Source: Nemertoderma westbladi
Lineage: Eukaryota; Animalia; Xenacoelomorpha
DNA length: 62,254 nucleotides
Direction: 5' to 3'
Assembly (NCBI GenBank): GCA_032718475.1
Contig: JAUCBJ010004766.1
Span: forward strand, 1-62,254
A program made the translations under genes and the position numbers. The notes under the pieces are model-generated. The model was given only the letters and a program-made list of their open reading frames with translations, made no database searches and had not been told where the DNA came from. Below are positions 37,961-49,077 of the stretch, piece by piece (the stretch's first letter is position 1; every line of letters begins with the position of its first letter).

Positions 37961-40900
37961 TATTTAAAGTATTTACTGTTTATTTACCTATTTACTACTG
38001 TACAGTATTTACTATATTTACCGTTTCGGATTTAGTTTCATTTTCAGCGATTCGTGCATAGCTGTAAAGTCTAGATTAGGCCTACATTTATATTAATTTA
38101 TAGAAATGTAATATTATTATTATGATATGTTGTATTTAGAGTGATTTTGTTTTATATCGTCGTTATGTAATTTAAATACGTTAATTTAAAATTATAGTAA
38201 TTATTTATAAATCAATTAATTATAATATAAATTATTTTGCATAAATTTCATAGAGATACATTGATTATCACTCTAGATAAAACCTAAAATAAGGCCTCTA
38301 ACCCTCTACCCACAATTGCAGTATTATTGGCCACTAAAACGATTTATGTATTGGTGAGCCAACTAATTCACTCTCATACTGTACTTATACTGTAAAAGTA
38401 ATTATACAGCAGTCTCTTTATCAATTAATTTAAATTTAATTTATTAATGAGACTGAAGGGTCGAAATGCCAAGCATTTAATCACGCTGTTAGGTCTGCAC
38501 TCTGAAAACCATTATTAGTAGATTCTGCCAAAATTTAATTTCATTATAGGAAGTTGTTACGTAGATACTGTAATCGAAGGTTATTGATATTCCTACAGTA
38601 TGTACTGTATATACTGTACTCTTGGCCTAGGCCTACTGTACCCTTCAATTACGGTAACGTACGGTCCTAGGCTTACTGTATAATGTTATGGCCAACCACC
38701 ACGACCATTAGGCCTACTCTGGTACGGTCACCGGTACTTAATATGTCCCCCATCCCCCTCCCATCCGTGGATGAGTTGCAACCACCCGGACCGGGCCATC
38801 TTTGTTTCAACAATTTAGTACTGTAAGTCGGCTTTGACGTCAAGATGGGATTGAACTGGCGACGATGTCGTGATCACTAGGTATGTACTGTACAGGAATC
38901 GTACGCAAAAGCCCCTCAAACATGATTTTAGGTAGTCTCAGAGTGAAACTTGTTGCCAGTGCTGCAGTGGACAGTGGACTTGGGGCAAGTGGACGGTCCA
39001 CCTGTATGTACCCTTCCAACACGACTTAGAAAATAAATTATATATTGGACATTATAAAAGGTGCCTTTGTCCATGAAAAGTTAGTAACTAAGCGCCGAAT
39101 GTCAGAAGCCACGACCTAAATTAATTATAATTCGTTATGTACCTGTAATATTTTACACTGACATGTCTTGAAAGGAACTACAGTACACCAACAAAATTAA
39201 CGGAATAAACTATTAAAGGGGTCTAAGTAGCCGACGCCGACTGGGTGAAACTCCTTAGTCCATGCCCGGTCTTACACAACCAAAGTAATTACCCATCAGG
39301 TACAGGTATACTAAAGGTAAGTGCAGGCTCAAGTGTTGCACAGAAGGAGGTCAAACTCGAACAAACCATGGCGCCAGTATTTAGTTTGAGTAAGGTTGGC
39401 CTGGCTAGCTCGCTCTCATTTTTTAACACGTAGGCCTACCTCACTCTTACCTACCGAAATTCTCCGATGACTATCATTTGTAAATGGTTTGAGAAGTGAT
39501 GCCCAATATGAATGAGATAGGGACAGTATATATCATATTTATTATTGTACTTACATCATCAACAGCGGAGTAGGCATGACTCTTCTTTTCTGATGGAATT
39601 CCGCTTGTATGCATCGCTTGTGTGTAATAATAATCCAGTTGGTTCCTCGTAGTAAAACCACTCGTATAAGAGTTTGAATTGACGAACGACTGATTTGATA
39701 TATACCCACTGCACTAGGTTAATTAACAGACCAATGAGTTGGCTAATACAGATTATAACAGTTTGTTCCAATGGAATCAGTAAAATAAATAGACTTACAG
39801 CAAGGATGAAAAGTGGAACGATGTGAAAAATGAAACAAAATAGTGAAAATAGTTTGTTTTCGTTACCAATAATGCCTCTGTAACCTGCTACTTTCCCTAA
39901 ATGGAAGTCGTGAAAACATCTACTGTTCAAATGTACAAAGAATCTTTTTGTGACTAATCCATCCCCATACAAATATTATTAAAACATAATTATACAATAT
40001 TGTTACCTACTGTGATTCTGGTTGTATCAGTATATGATACAGTAGTACTAAAACTAAGTATCTTAGCATTATTAGTGTACTATAGCAAATCGTAATGTTA
40101 TAATATTATATTCGAAACTTGAAACATTTACTTGACGCGGGACTAGCTGCGAAATTAAAATCGTAGTCGACCTACCTGTTAGCAAGGCAGATCGTGAGGC
40201 AAAGTGAGTGATCACTCTATGAGGACAACCTACTCTAGCCAGAGAGACGATAGGAAAGCGATTGCGAATCGCGATTTAGTTTACTTTTCGAAAAATCGCT
40301 ATAGATAACCCCTACAGTACATTGCCAGGACTACGTTCTACGCTAAACTATAAGCTACAGTAGAGTGTTGGAGTAAAATAAATAATCATAATTGTAATAG
40401 AAGCAATAAATACATAGAAGCAATATAACATACAGTACATCATATTCAACAAGTCTGTCTGTAGGAATGAAAAGTAATGATTCAAGTTTCTAATACAAAA
40501 ATTCTGACTCCGATATGGGGAGACCAAAATTTTTTTACAATTACAGCACAAATGTCTAAAGAATTATGGGGGGGTGGGGGTGTTTGATATGAATTAAGAC
40601 ACTATATTCCAGAACATGGTGAATTTCAGAGAGAATAAAAACACAAATATAATATTGTTCGTTATCAACACAGACTTCAGAATTCCAAACACATGTCGTA
40701 AAAATATTTTTATTACATACATGTATTATATCTTCAATAGGAACTGCCACATTAAATAGTAAAGATATGGAATGGCCAGATGGCAAAGCGACTATCAATG
40801 ACAAATTATTCACACTATATAGGCAGACATACATACGCGTTCTTGTAGAGTAACAATAAATTGGCTTACTTATTCAATATAAATATAATTATGGTTCTGT

Positions 40901-41356
40901 TGAACCCACCAATCTTAAAAAAATAAGTTTTTTGATAATTTTACTTGTGGCTTTTGGTGGTTTTGGGTTTTTGGTGGTTGTTACTGTATATTATTCACAG
41001 AGATTCGCTACTACTGTATTACGATACTTATAGTTAGTCACTTGTAGCGTATAGTTGTGGTAATTAATTTCCGCTGTATGACTCCCCCCGCATGGCAGTA
41101 AATTGTGTATTACAGTATTTCATTATTATATCATTATTTTCTATTGTATATAAAATTAAATTAGCGAATGTGCTTATTGGCTACAATAATTGGGTAGGCC
41201 TACTTTAGGCCTACTAACAGTAGGCCTAGAATTGCTTTTGATCATAATAATGAAATATTGTTTAGTTAACCTTATTGCGCATGCGGTAATTGCGCATTGG
41301 TTCTTATTGGCGTATGTAAACTGATGCTAGGAATGTATTAAATGTTAATCAAATGA

Positions 41357-42208
41357 GGAAGTACGTCACCGGGGGTTGAACCCGCACTATATCAGTTTCG
41401 GCCCATCTCAAGTCGCATCATATTAGCGTTAACTGTTAGGTGACCCATCCCTTAGCGCACTTCGACCACCCAAAACCAATATCGCATATTAGCCGAAAGA
41501 TAGTAAAACGGCTAATCAATTATCACCCATGTTAGTCACCTGCTGTACAAAGGTCACGGTAACAAACATTGAGGCCCAATGGTCAAACATTGACATATCA
41601 CGTGGCTGCGAGAGCTACCTGACCATACAGTAAATCTATTGTGCTTATGGTGGATATTATTTGCTCAGTATACTCAGCTACTACAGGAACCCCGTAATGT
41701 CTCCATAATATTAAGACATTGAGCTCATAGTTATTACGGTGCAGGTTTAGGCCTTATGAAGTACCGATATCTGACTACGGTACAACGTGCATCACTTTGA
41801 GCATGGACTTGGGCTATTAACTGGTTCTGTCTGTTGCCTAATATAATTACAGAATTAATGTGTATCAATATATTTGGAAGTAAAGACAACACCGTTGTTG
41901 ATTTGGCCTGAAGATCCCAGTTGGAACTTCCACACCCCTGCAACAGTAATATCAGAAACCCGTGTCAGAAACTCTATTACAACCCCGCTCGGTATTCAGC
42001 TAGGGCAACACTCCATAGCGGCTGGATACAGTGACATTAACCAGACCCCTAGATCCCTTCCTATAATACTGTAAATGTAACCAGTTTTAGCCACTTTCCC
42101 CAGTAGAAGTGTACTAAATAAGCCAACAAGCGTCAGGAGAAACGGCCTGAACTGATGAGGCCTGATAGGCTCGTATAGCGCTGGTTCAACCCCCAATGAC
42201 GTGCTTCC
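41357..42208. mobile_element. Non-autonomous TIR element (possibly Kolobok-like)
   Basis: GGAAGTACGTCACCGGGGGTTGAACCCGCACTATA is inverted relative to TATAGCGCTGGTTCAACCCCCAATGACGTGCTTCC. Flanks ATGA/TTAT resemble a degenerate TTAA target. Confidence 0.65.
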
Positions 42209-43881
42209 TTATTTTTTCCATTTCGATAACAAAATCATAATATAATATCATAAAAATGTTAATAACGGAGTTACAGTTTGTTTGCAAAAAATATTAAATA
42301 AATGTACTAATAATGCTCAGATTAAAAAATGGTGTGGAAAAGCGGGTTAGAACCGTTACTGGTAATATATGAAACTGATACTTTTGGAAAAGTGTATCGG
42401 TTTATAAAGCCAATTATTACCCCATGCCGGGATATTTGCCTATGGCAACTACTGTACTAATGGAGAATGGACGCGCGTCATAATGTATTAAGCATCTATT
42501 CATTATTCATTGGTTACCTGTTGAAATCAATGAATACCTGTTGGATCTGCTGAGATGAAAATGAATCCCCGGGTTGGCATCACGTCAGCTTCGGTAAGTG
42601 TCTCCATTGGGGAGTTAAATTGGATTTTCATTAATCGGCTGCCCATGAATTCAGCCGATTGCTGAGGGAGGAAGAGAAGGTACAATGTTTGTTATTCTTA
42701 CCGAGGACAATGAGACAAAAGATAAGGTTAACGTGGTTTAATTTGTTTTATGAAATCAAAAGAAAGGGTACGTTTCTGATTGGTTTATCCTTGAATGTCG
42801 GATCAACAGGAGAGTTGTGATGGAGTAGCTGTTAGAAAATTCGGGCAACGGAAGCTAAAGGTTGTGTTATGTTTACCTCTAAGTACCAAATATATTACGC
42901 TATGGTGGGGTAAAATTTCCACTACTGTCCGGAAGAAGCCCTATACCAACAGGACACCACATGTGTGTAACCGCACTATAACACATATTACCCTTCTGCA
43001 CCAGCGTGGTGCTCTGGTGCACTGTACCGACCCGACTACGGACAACAAACAAGACGGTGCCGGATATGTTGCCAAAGAAAGGCAACTACTCTATTGATCT
43101 TTTCATGGAAACTCGTTGATCCCGATTGCCGCAAAGCTATACAATATATAGTACAGTACCAATCCCAATAAGCATTAACTTGGTCGTTTTGGTGGCCAAA
43201 ATGTCAAAAATCGCCAAATAAATGCAATGTATTCCTATGGGCTCTTTGGTCGTTTTGGAGAAGCGATTTAACTCGACTCAGCTCAATCCAGACAGTCCGT
43301 CTCCTTGGCCATCCATTTGGTTGCTCTGACTAAATGTCGGCTCGCTTTCATTTTATTATTGACAGATTGCTAACTTACCTGGGGGCTTTGCAGTTGTAGT
43401 AGAGACCACCCACTGAGGCATTGGTACAGCACAAGCTAATATACGTATTAGCTTGTGAGGGAGTTAGTTGGATGCGGCTTTGATAAAAAGTACTCCTTTT
43501 AATGTATATGTATATTTTAATGTATGTATAATAATCGGATTTTGTGTGTTATTATTAGATAATCACTTCTCACCTTTTCCTTTGTGTAGCTTCAGTTTAG
43601 AGTCATTATGAAATGGCAACATTCTGTCTGAAGGCGTCCTAATTATAGTTCTATAGTAGCTGGGTCTGTAGAGGTAGTTATTAAATAGCGACACTCTGTC
43701 TCGAACGAGTTCGGTATACTGATGAATTTCACATTAGGTGGCGCGGCCTATTTCTAGTAGCTGGGTCTGAATTGGAGAGCGATAGTAACTGAAAGAAAAC
43801 ATTACAATATTAGGCTCTGGCTCTGTGCTAACAGAGTCGGCATATTTGGGTGATATTATGATTATGTAATTATTACTTATC

Positions 43882-44126
43882 GAGACAGGGGGGGGGGGGG
43901 ATCTGGACGCAAAACTCGCCTTGGCGAATTAATATCCCGCCTCAATGTTAAATTCTCAATTTAGGGAAAGGAGCAGATTACAGTGGCACGTTATTTTAAC
44001 CAAAACAATAAATTAAACATAAATTAACAGGTTACAGTTTTAATTTTGAGAGTAATCATCTGTTATTTGCGTCAAATTTCCTTTGGAGAGGGATGAATTT
44101 TTATTGCGTCCAGTTTCCCCCCCCCT
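43882..44126 (+). mobile_element. Poly-G-terminated MITE copy
   Basis: GAGACA-G-tract-ATCTGGACGCAA ... TTGCGTCCAGT-C-tract; reverse-complement match to 45384-45883 without the nested insertion. Confidence 0.8.
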
Positions 44127-45383
44127 AACTGTGGGGCGAGCCACGAAGTGAGTGAGCCTTAGCGTAGTGGTACCATTAATCAACCTGTCGTTCTGTCGTT
44201 CTGTCGCGTTTTTTTTCAGTATTTTATTTTAAACGTTAATAACTCGGCCAATCCTTGATGAAATCTATCCAAACTTGGTACACATGTTGTTTGGCAAAAG
44301 TTTGAAAATTTTCCAAGTAGAATTTGCGTGGGGCCTTCGTGCAGCATCAGTGTAACTGTTATTGCAGTTATAATACATTTGTTTATCCAAATTTAAAATG
44401 CGTTAAATTATTATTACTGTAGGATAAATCAGCTGGGTTTTCTGACAAATTTTGCAATTCTGCATGTAGGCCTACCATGTGTACCGGTACTGTCAGGCTG
44501 TACTCAATCCCTGAATCGAGAATCCTGCAAAGCTATATACTGTTAGGTATATTGCTGTATTGGGGTGGGGTTAGGAATAATCCATTTGTTTTAGCATTGA
44601 ACTGTTGAATCCCCTTATTTATTATAAAACCATTGGAAATATTCGCAAATGCCGCTCCATTACTGTCTGAAACGCTCCCGACAGTCCGATGTATCTGGAC
44701 CCGAGCAGCTGAGTTGCTTCAAGAGGTGATTAACGGGGGAATACTACGGAATTGCTTGTTTGTCAGTACGATTCTATTTGGGTATTTACTACACTCAGAC
44801 ACTGGGAATACGGCGGTCAGTCAGATCGTAATGCGGGCCACTGCTAAGTTCCTCATGCCTCACTCCGGTCACCCACCTTGGAGTGCGGTGGGAAGAGTCC
44901 CACTTACTGACATACGTCGACGACTGGACGAATCGACGAGGATTGCGATCTGGGTTTAGCGGCGGCCCGGATCCTGGGATCGCCTGGGGGAAATGGTTGA
45001 ACGTTGGGCAGACGTTCTCGCACTGGATTACGTTCTCTGTGACGCGAAAGTGTGAAGCGAATTCGTTGTCGAATTGGGTCGGAAGCTGCGGGAATTCTAC
45101 TGTTCTACGGGAGTAAACCGCAGCGGTCCGGTGACTACGGACGGATACTACTGGGATAAGCAGGTATTTCGATCGAGTTTCTCGTATTCTCGATGCTCGA
45201 GGCGGATAGAGAGTTGGTTGTGTTGGGCGGTGTTGTTCAATTCTATCAAACATATTAAATAATTGGTAAAATAATAAAAACACACCAGATAAAGATACTG
45301 AGCTTATGGTAAAGAGATAGGCCGATCTTACAATTTCCAAATAGATTGTTCATATAATAAATATATTTTTGGTATTTGATTTC

Positions 45384-45883
45384 AAGATCGGGGGGGGGGG
45401 GGGGGGGGGACTGGACGCAATAAAAATTCATCCCTCTCCAGGGGAAATTAGACGCAAATAACAACAGCTGATTACTCTCAAAAATAAAACTGTAACCTGT
45501 TCTATTGTGTTTACTTTATTGTTTTGGTTAAAATAACGTGCCACTGTAACCTGCTCCTTTCCCAAAATTGAGAAATTAATATTGAGGCGAGTTATAGTTC
45601 ATATGCGTACCTCTGGTATTTTCGTATTGCAAAAATAAGACTATAAGTATGAAATACCCTATGTTATTGAGATATTGTTTTGGTTAGAAAAGCCCACCAC
45701 TGTAACCTGCTCCTTTCCGTTAATTAAGTAATGGAGATTAGTTTATTGTTTTGGTTAGAAAACACCACCACTGTAACCTGCTTCTTTTGCCAGAGGTACG
45801 CATATGAACGATAACCTTGAGGCGGGATATTAATTCGCCAAGATGGGATTTGCGTCCAGTCTCCCCCCCCCCCCTCCTATCTC
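45384..45883 (-). mobile_element. Poly-G-terminated MITE with nested insertion
   Basis: Termini AAGATCGGGG / CCCTCCTATCTC; exact 8-bp TSD TTGATTTC at 45376-45383 and 45884-45891. Confidence 0.9.
45590..45816. mobile_element. Merlin-like MITE (26-bp TIR, 8-bp TSD)
   Basis: TIRs GTTATAGTTCATATGCGTACCTCTGG / CCAGAGGTACGCATATGAACGATAAC; TSD TTGAGGCG at 45582-45589 and 45817-45824; empty site present in the 43882 copy. The Merlin label is inferred from the GG terminus plus 8-bp TSD. Confidence 0.85.
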
Positions 45884-45999
45884 TTGATTTCACTAGAAAA
45901 TAGAATACATTGCATTTTACTGTTATAATTACTGTATTGAATAAAATAATTAATTGATTGTTTATTAAACCGTGCTAAGCACGTTGAACTGGAGCTCTA

Positions 46000-46280
46000 A
46001 CAATTCCCCACTAGCGGCAGACAGGAACTGTAAAAGTCTCTGTAGAATTTCTAATTAAGCAATGCTCTTAGATAACTACTACTAAATTTCAGATGAATCT
46101 GATCGTCGGTTCTATAATTACAGCTATTTTTACGTTTCTGCTAATTCGCCCCCTAGCGGCAGACCGGGGAACTGTAGAAGTCTGTCTGTGTGTAGAATTT
46201 CTAAATTTTTTATAGACTACATGAGTACCAAGTTTGGTTCCATTTCATCCATGATTGACCGACTTATTAGCGTTCAAACA
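46000..46280 (-). mobile_element. Helentron-like internal fragment with two ~140-bp repeats
   Basis: CCCC[A/C]CTAGCGGCAGAC..ACTGTA[A/G]AAGTCT..TGTAGAATTTCTA occurs twice, then AGACTACATGAGTACCAAGTTTGG like 28050-28072. Confidence 0.55.
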
Positions 46281-46761
46281 TTCCTGCCACAAACATAGCC
46301 AGAGGCAGCCACAAACGAATAAAAGCTGCAGGAACTCGAGCGATAATTAATTTATTAATTATTAAATACTGTTTCAATTAAATTCTTTACGAAAATCTAG
46401 TCATCTTCTTTTAAATATGGACCCTGCATTCGTGGAAAATATAATATTTGATAATTCATCAGTCAGCCTACGCTAATTTCACGGCAAGTCCTTGTCATGG
46501 CCTGTGTGTAGTAGGCCATGGTACCACCCTACTACCGGTACCGGCTGACCGCGTGACCGGTGGCAACCAGCACTTCAGCACTTGCACAGCAACAGCACTA
46601 CCGGCGATATACAGGTTGAAATTTATGGAGAGTTTGCTCAACAATACAGATATAAAATAGTTATCTAAATTATATATATTACTATTGACAAGTATTGAAA
46701 TATATACCGTTATTCGTGTTATCAGTATTTGCAACATCTGACATTGAAGAGGTGAAAGAAG

Positions 46762-47095
46762 ATGAATACCGGCACTCAACAAAACCAACGCTTATCACAG
46801 GTCGGTATGGTTACCTCGAAACCGGCGCGACTGTCCACTCGAATACAACTTCAAAACACACACGCCAACAATAAACTGAAAGCGAATCGAACGTCTTCAG
46901 AAGAATCTGTCATTGGGACGAAGAAAAGGAAGCCGAAACCACGGGAATGGACCACAGCTAAGATTGAATGCTCCCATTGTCAGAGTTCCTGGACCGAAAT
47001 TGAAACACCAATTGCCGATGGGCTTGATCTCTCAAACCAAAACTTCCTCTGCGGGGTTTGCGTGGCAGTAAAGATTGAACGTCTGGAAGCTGGCA
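46762..47095 (+). pseudogene. Probable LINE ORF1 (CR1/L2-type zinc finger plus leucine zipper) 5' fragment
   Basis: Basic tract (KKRKPKP), CSHC...W...FLCGVC, then KIERLE. The downstream part of the ORF runs into AT-rich sequence. Confidence 0.45.
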
Positions 47096-48669
47096 TCCCT
47101 AGGTATTATTATTATAAAGAGCGTCAGCCTGCGTTTAATAAATATATTTTAATAAAACAGGTCGAACGCAAAGAGGCTTATAATGAAGACGAGTACTGCA
47201 TTGATTATATTCCTATAAACCACCTGGCTTTGCATATTGAACGTGCGTTTGGAAATAAGTTCGTGCTACCCTTCCGTGGGTGGTAGATGTCGCGGTTATG
47301 TATTGGTGGGTGGGGGAGGGGGGGGGGGGGTGCAGATTAAAAGGGGTGAACACGTACTGTCCCCCTTTCTTTGATTAATTGGTGGTGTGGGTTAATCTCT
47401 CATAACCTGATTTTGTGATACAGTCGCACAATTTTAATTTGTATCTCATAACTGGGCCTCGTGCTGCGCGAAGGCCCCACGAACGTGTATTTATGAGAGC
47501 ATTTAAATTATAGCGTACTAAACAGCTAAATAAAGAAAAATCTGTGTAAATTACTTTTCTCATATTTTAAAGAAATTTTACGAATTAAAGATATGAACTT
47601 GTTATTTTTATTACCAATCGAATAGAATAAAAGTAAATAATAAATTATTTATTACGCTGCAAGTGCTAGCAGTGCTAGTGCTAGCACACTGCTTATAACC
47701 TAAGTGACAGGTAAAGGTGTGTTAATTATTAGATTAGTAAAAAATAATATGAAGAAAATAATAAGTTAGGGCGCCTCACACTGCACTCTTACAGGCATGT
47801 TTACTACAGTGGCGAGCGCAGCAGTTACTACTGTACACTGGAGCCTTTCTCTCTACCTAAGTGCCAACATGGTGTGCTTTACTTACACTGAGCCTATATT
47901 CACTGGCTGTGATTGACAAGCCAACGTGCCTCAAGATATCCTTTTAAGAATACCGCAGTTTTTATTTGACAATTTTGGCCGCCAAAATGACCAAGTTAAT
48001 GCGTATTGAGATTAGGGATTGGGACTGTAATTGCAGTGGCAGGGTGTTGGAGTGTAAGATGCTGACTCATACAATACATAACTAAGTTAGTGCAATTGGA
48101 CTTCTTGCTATATACTATCCTATATATTACAGTACTATAATTTTATACTATTATAGGACATCAATAAGCACTGTAGAAATACTGTAGGCCTACATACTGT
48201 ATTTTTGACTTATTAGGATAAGGACTTTTTTTGGGTGCAAAAGAGGCCAAATTAGCGTTACGTAATTTATTGACGTCCCCTAACGTTAAGCTATTGTCCG
48301 GATCGGAATTATCCATACAGTATGCCTATTCCATTAAATTTATTGCCAACGTCATAAGATAGAAGTTAAATATTATGTTTAGGGGCTATTTTATAGATAA
48401 CGGTTTATCTGGTTAAAGTACAGTGAAAAATCGATTTAAACATAGAATCTCGCAAGCTGCTTTGCTCCTCAATAATACCGTGTCACATACTACTGTTATA
48501 CTATGCTTGCTCTTCTTTGTATGAAGGCTTTTCCCAGCAGCGTAAAGGTAAATTACAAGTAGCTCAGAATAAATTTCGATCATACGTTTACCAATATGAG
48601 AGTTTCATAAATCAGTGTTCACATGAGTTACAATTCACATGAAACGGTGTGAGAAAAATTTGCACATAA

Positions 48670-48935
48670 TTTCGGACCTTCGTCCAGGTCATTCGGACCT
48701 TAGTCATGTAATGATAAACAATGTCATGTTTGATGCCTTTGTACCAAACAAACTTTATCTTCTATAAAGTACAGTTCTTGGCCGTAGATGAAGGCCCCAC
48801 ACACCCAGGACGAAGGTCCGAATGGGACAAAGGTCCGAACAGGACAAAAGTCTGAAAAAAAGCGACCCAGACCGCCTCTTTCGGAACTACCTCCCATTCG
48901 GACCTTCGTGTCATTTGGACCTTCGAACCAATACC
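48670..48935. repeat. MITE-like cluster of TTCGGACCTT motifs in both orientations
   Basis: TTCGGACCTT and AAGGTCCGAA are repeated about 8 times. Confidence 0.55.
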
Positions 48936-49077
48936 GTAATTTGTAACCATAGCCCTGCCATTATGTTGTTATGATGTTATAGTTGGTGCACCTAATGATC
49001 TTAACAATTACATCTAGGATTTTAGTTGGTTTAAAAGATATAATTAGATAATTAATTAAATGTTAGTACCGGTATAA

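Larger units (their letters stand above)
44130..47488 (+). mobile_element. Helentron-like element split by or carrying ~3 kb of internal sequence
   Basis: 44130-44380 and 47347-47488 match the adjacent 5' and 3' halves of the 27816-28215 element. Confidence 0.7.
43154..48027. mobile_element. Possible Tc1/mariner-type composite element with TA flanks
   Basis: TA|CAGTACCAATCCCAATAAGCATTAACTTGGTCGTTTTGGTGGCCAAAA is inverted relative to TTTTGGCCGCCAAAATGACCAAGTTAATGCGTATTGAG..GATTGGGACTG|TA. These could instead be two separate remnants. Confidence 0.5.

Noticed and set aside
40348-40834. Hydrophobic minus-strand ORFs as a GPCR pseudogene
   Set aside because: No GPCR motifs; explained by T-rich composition.
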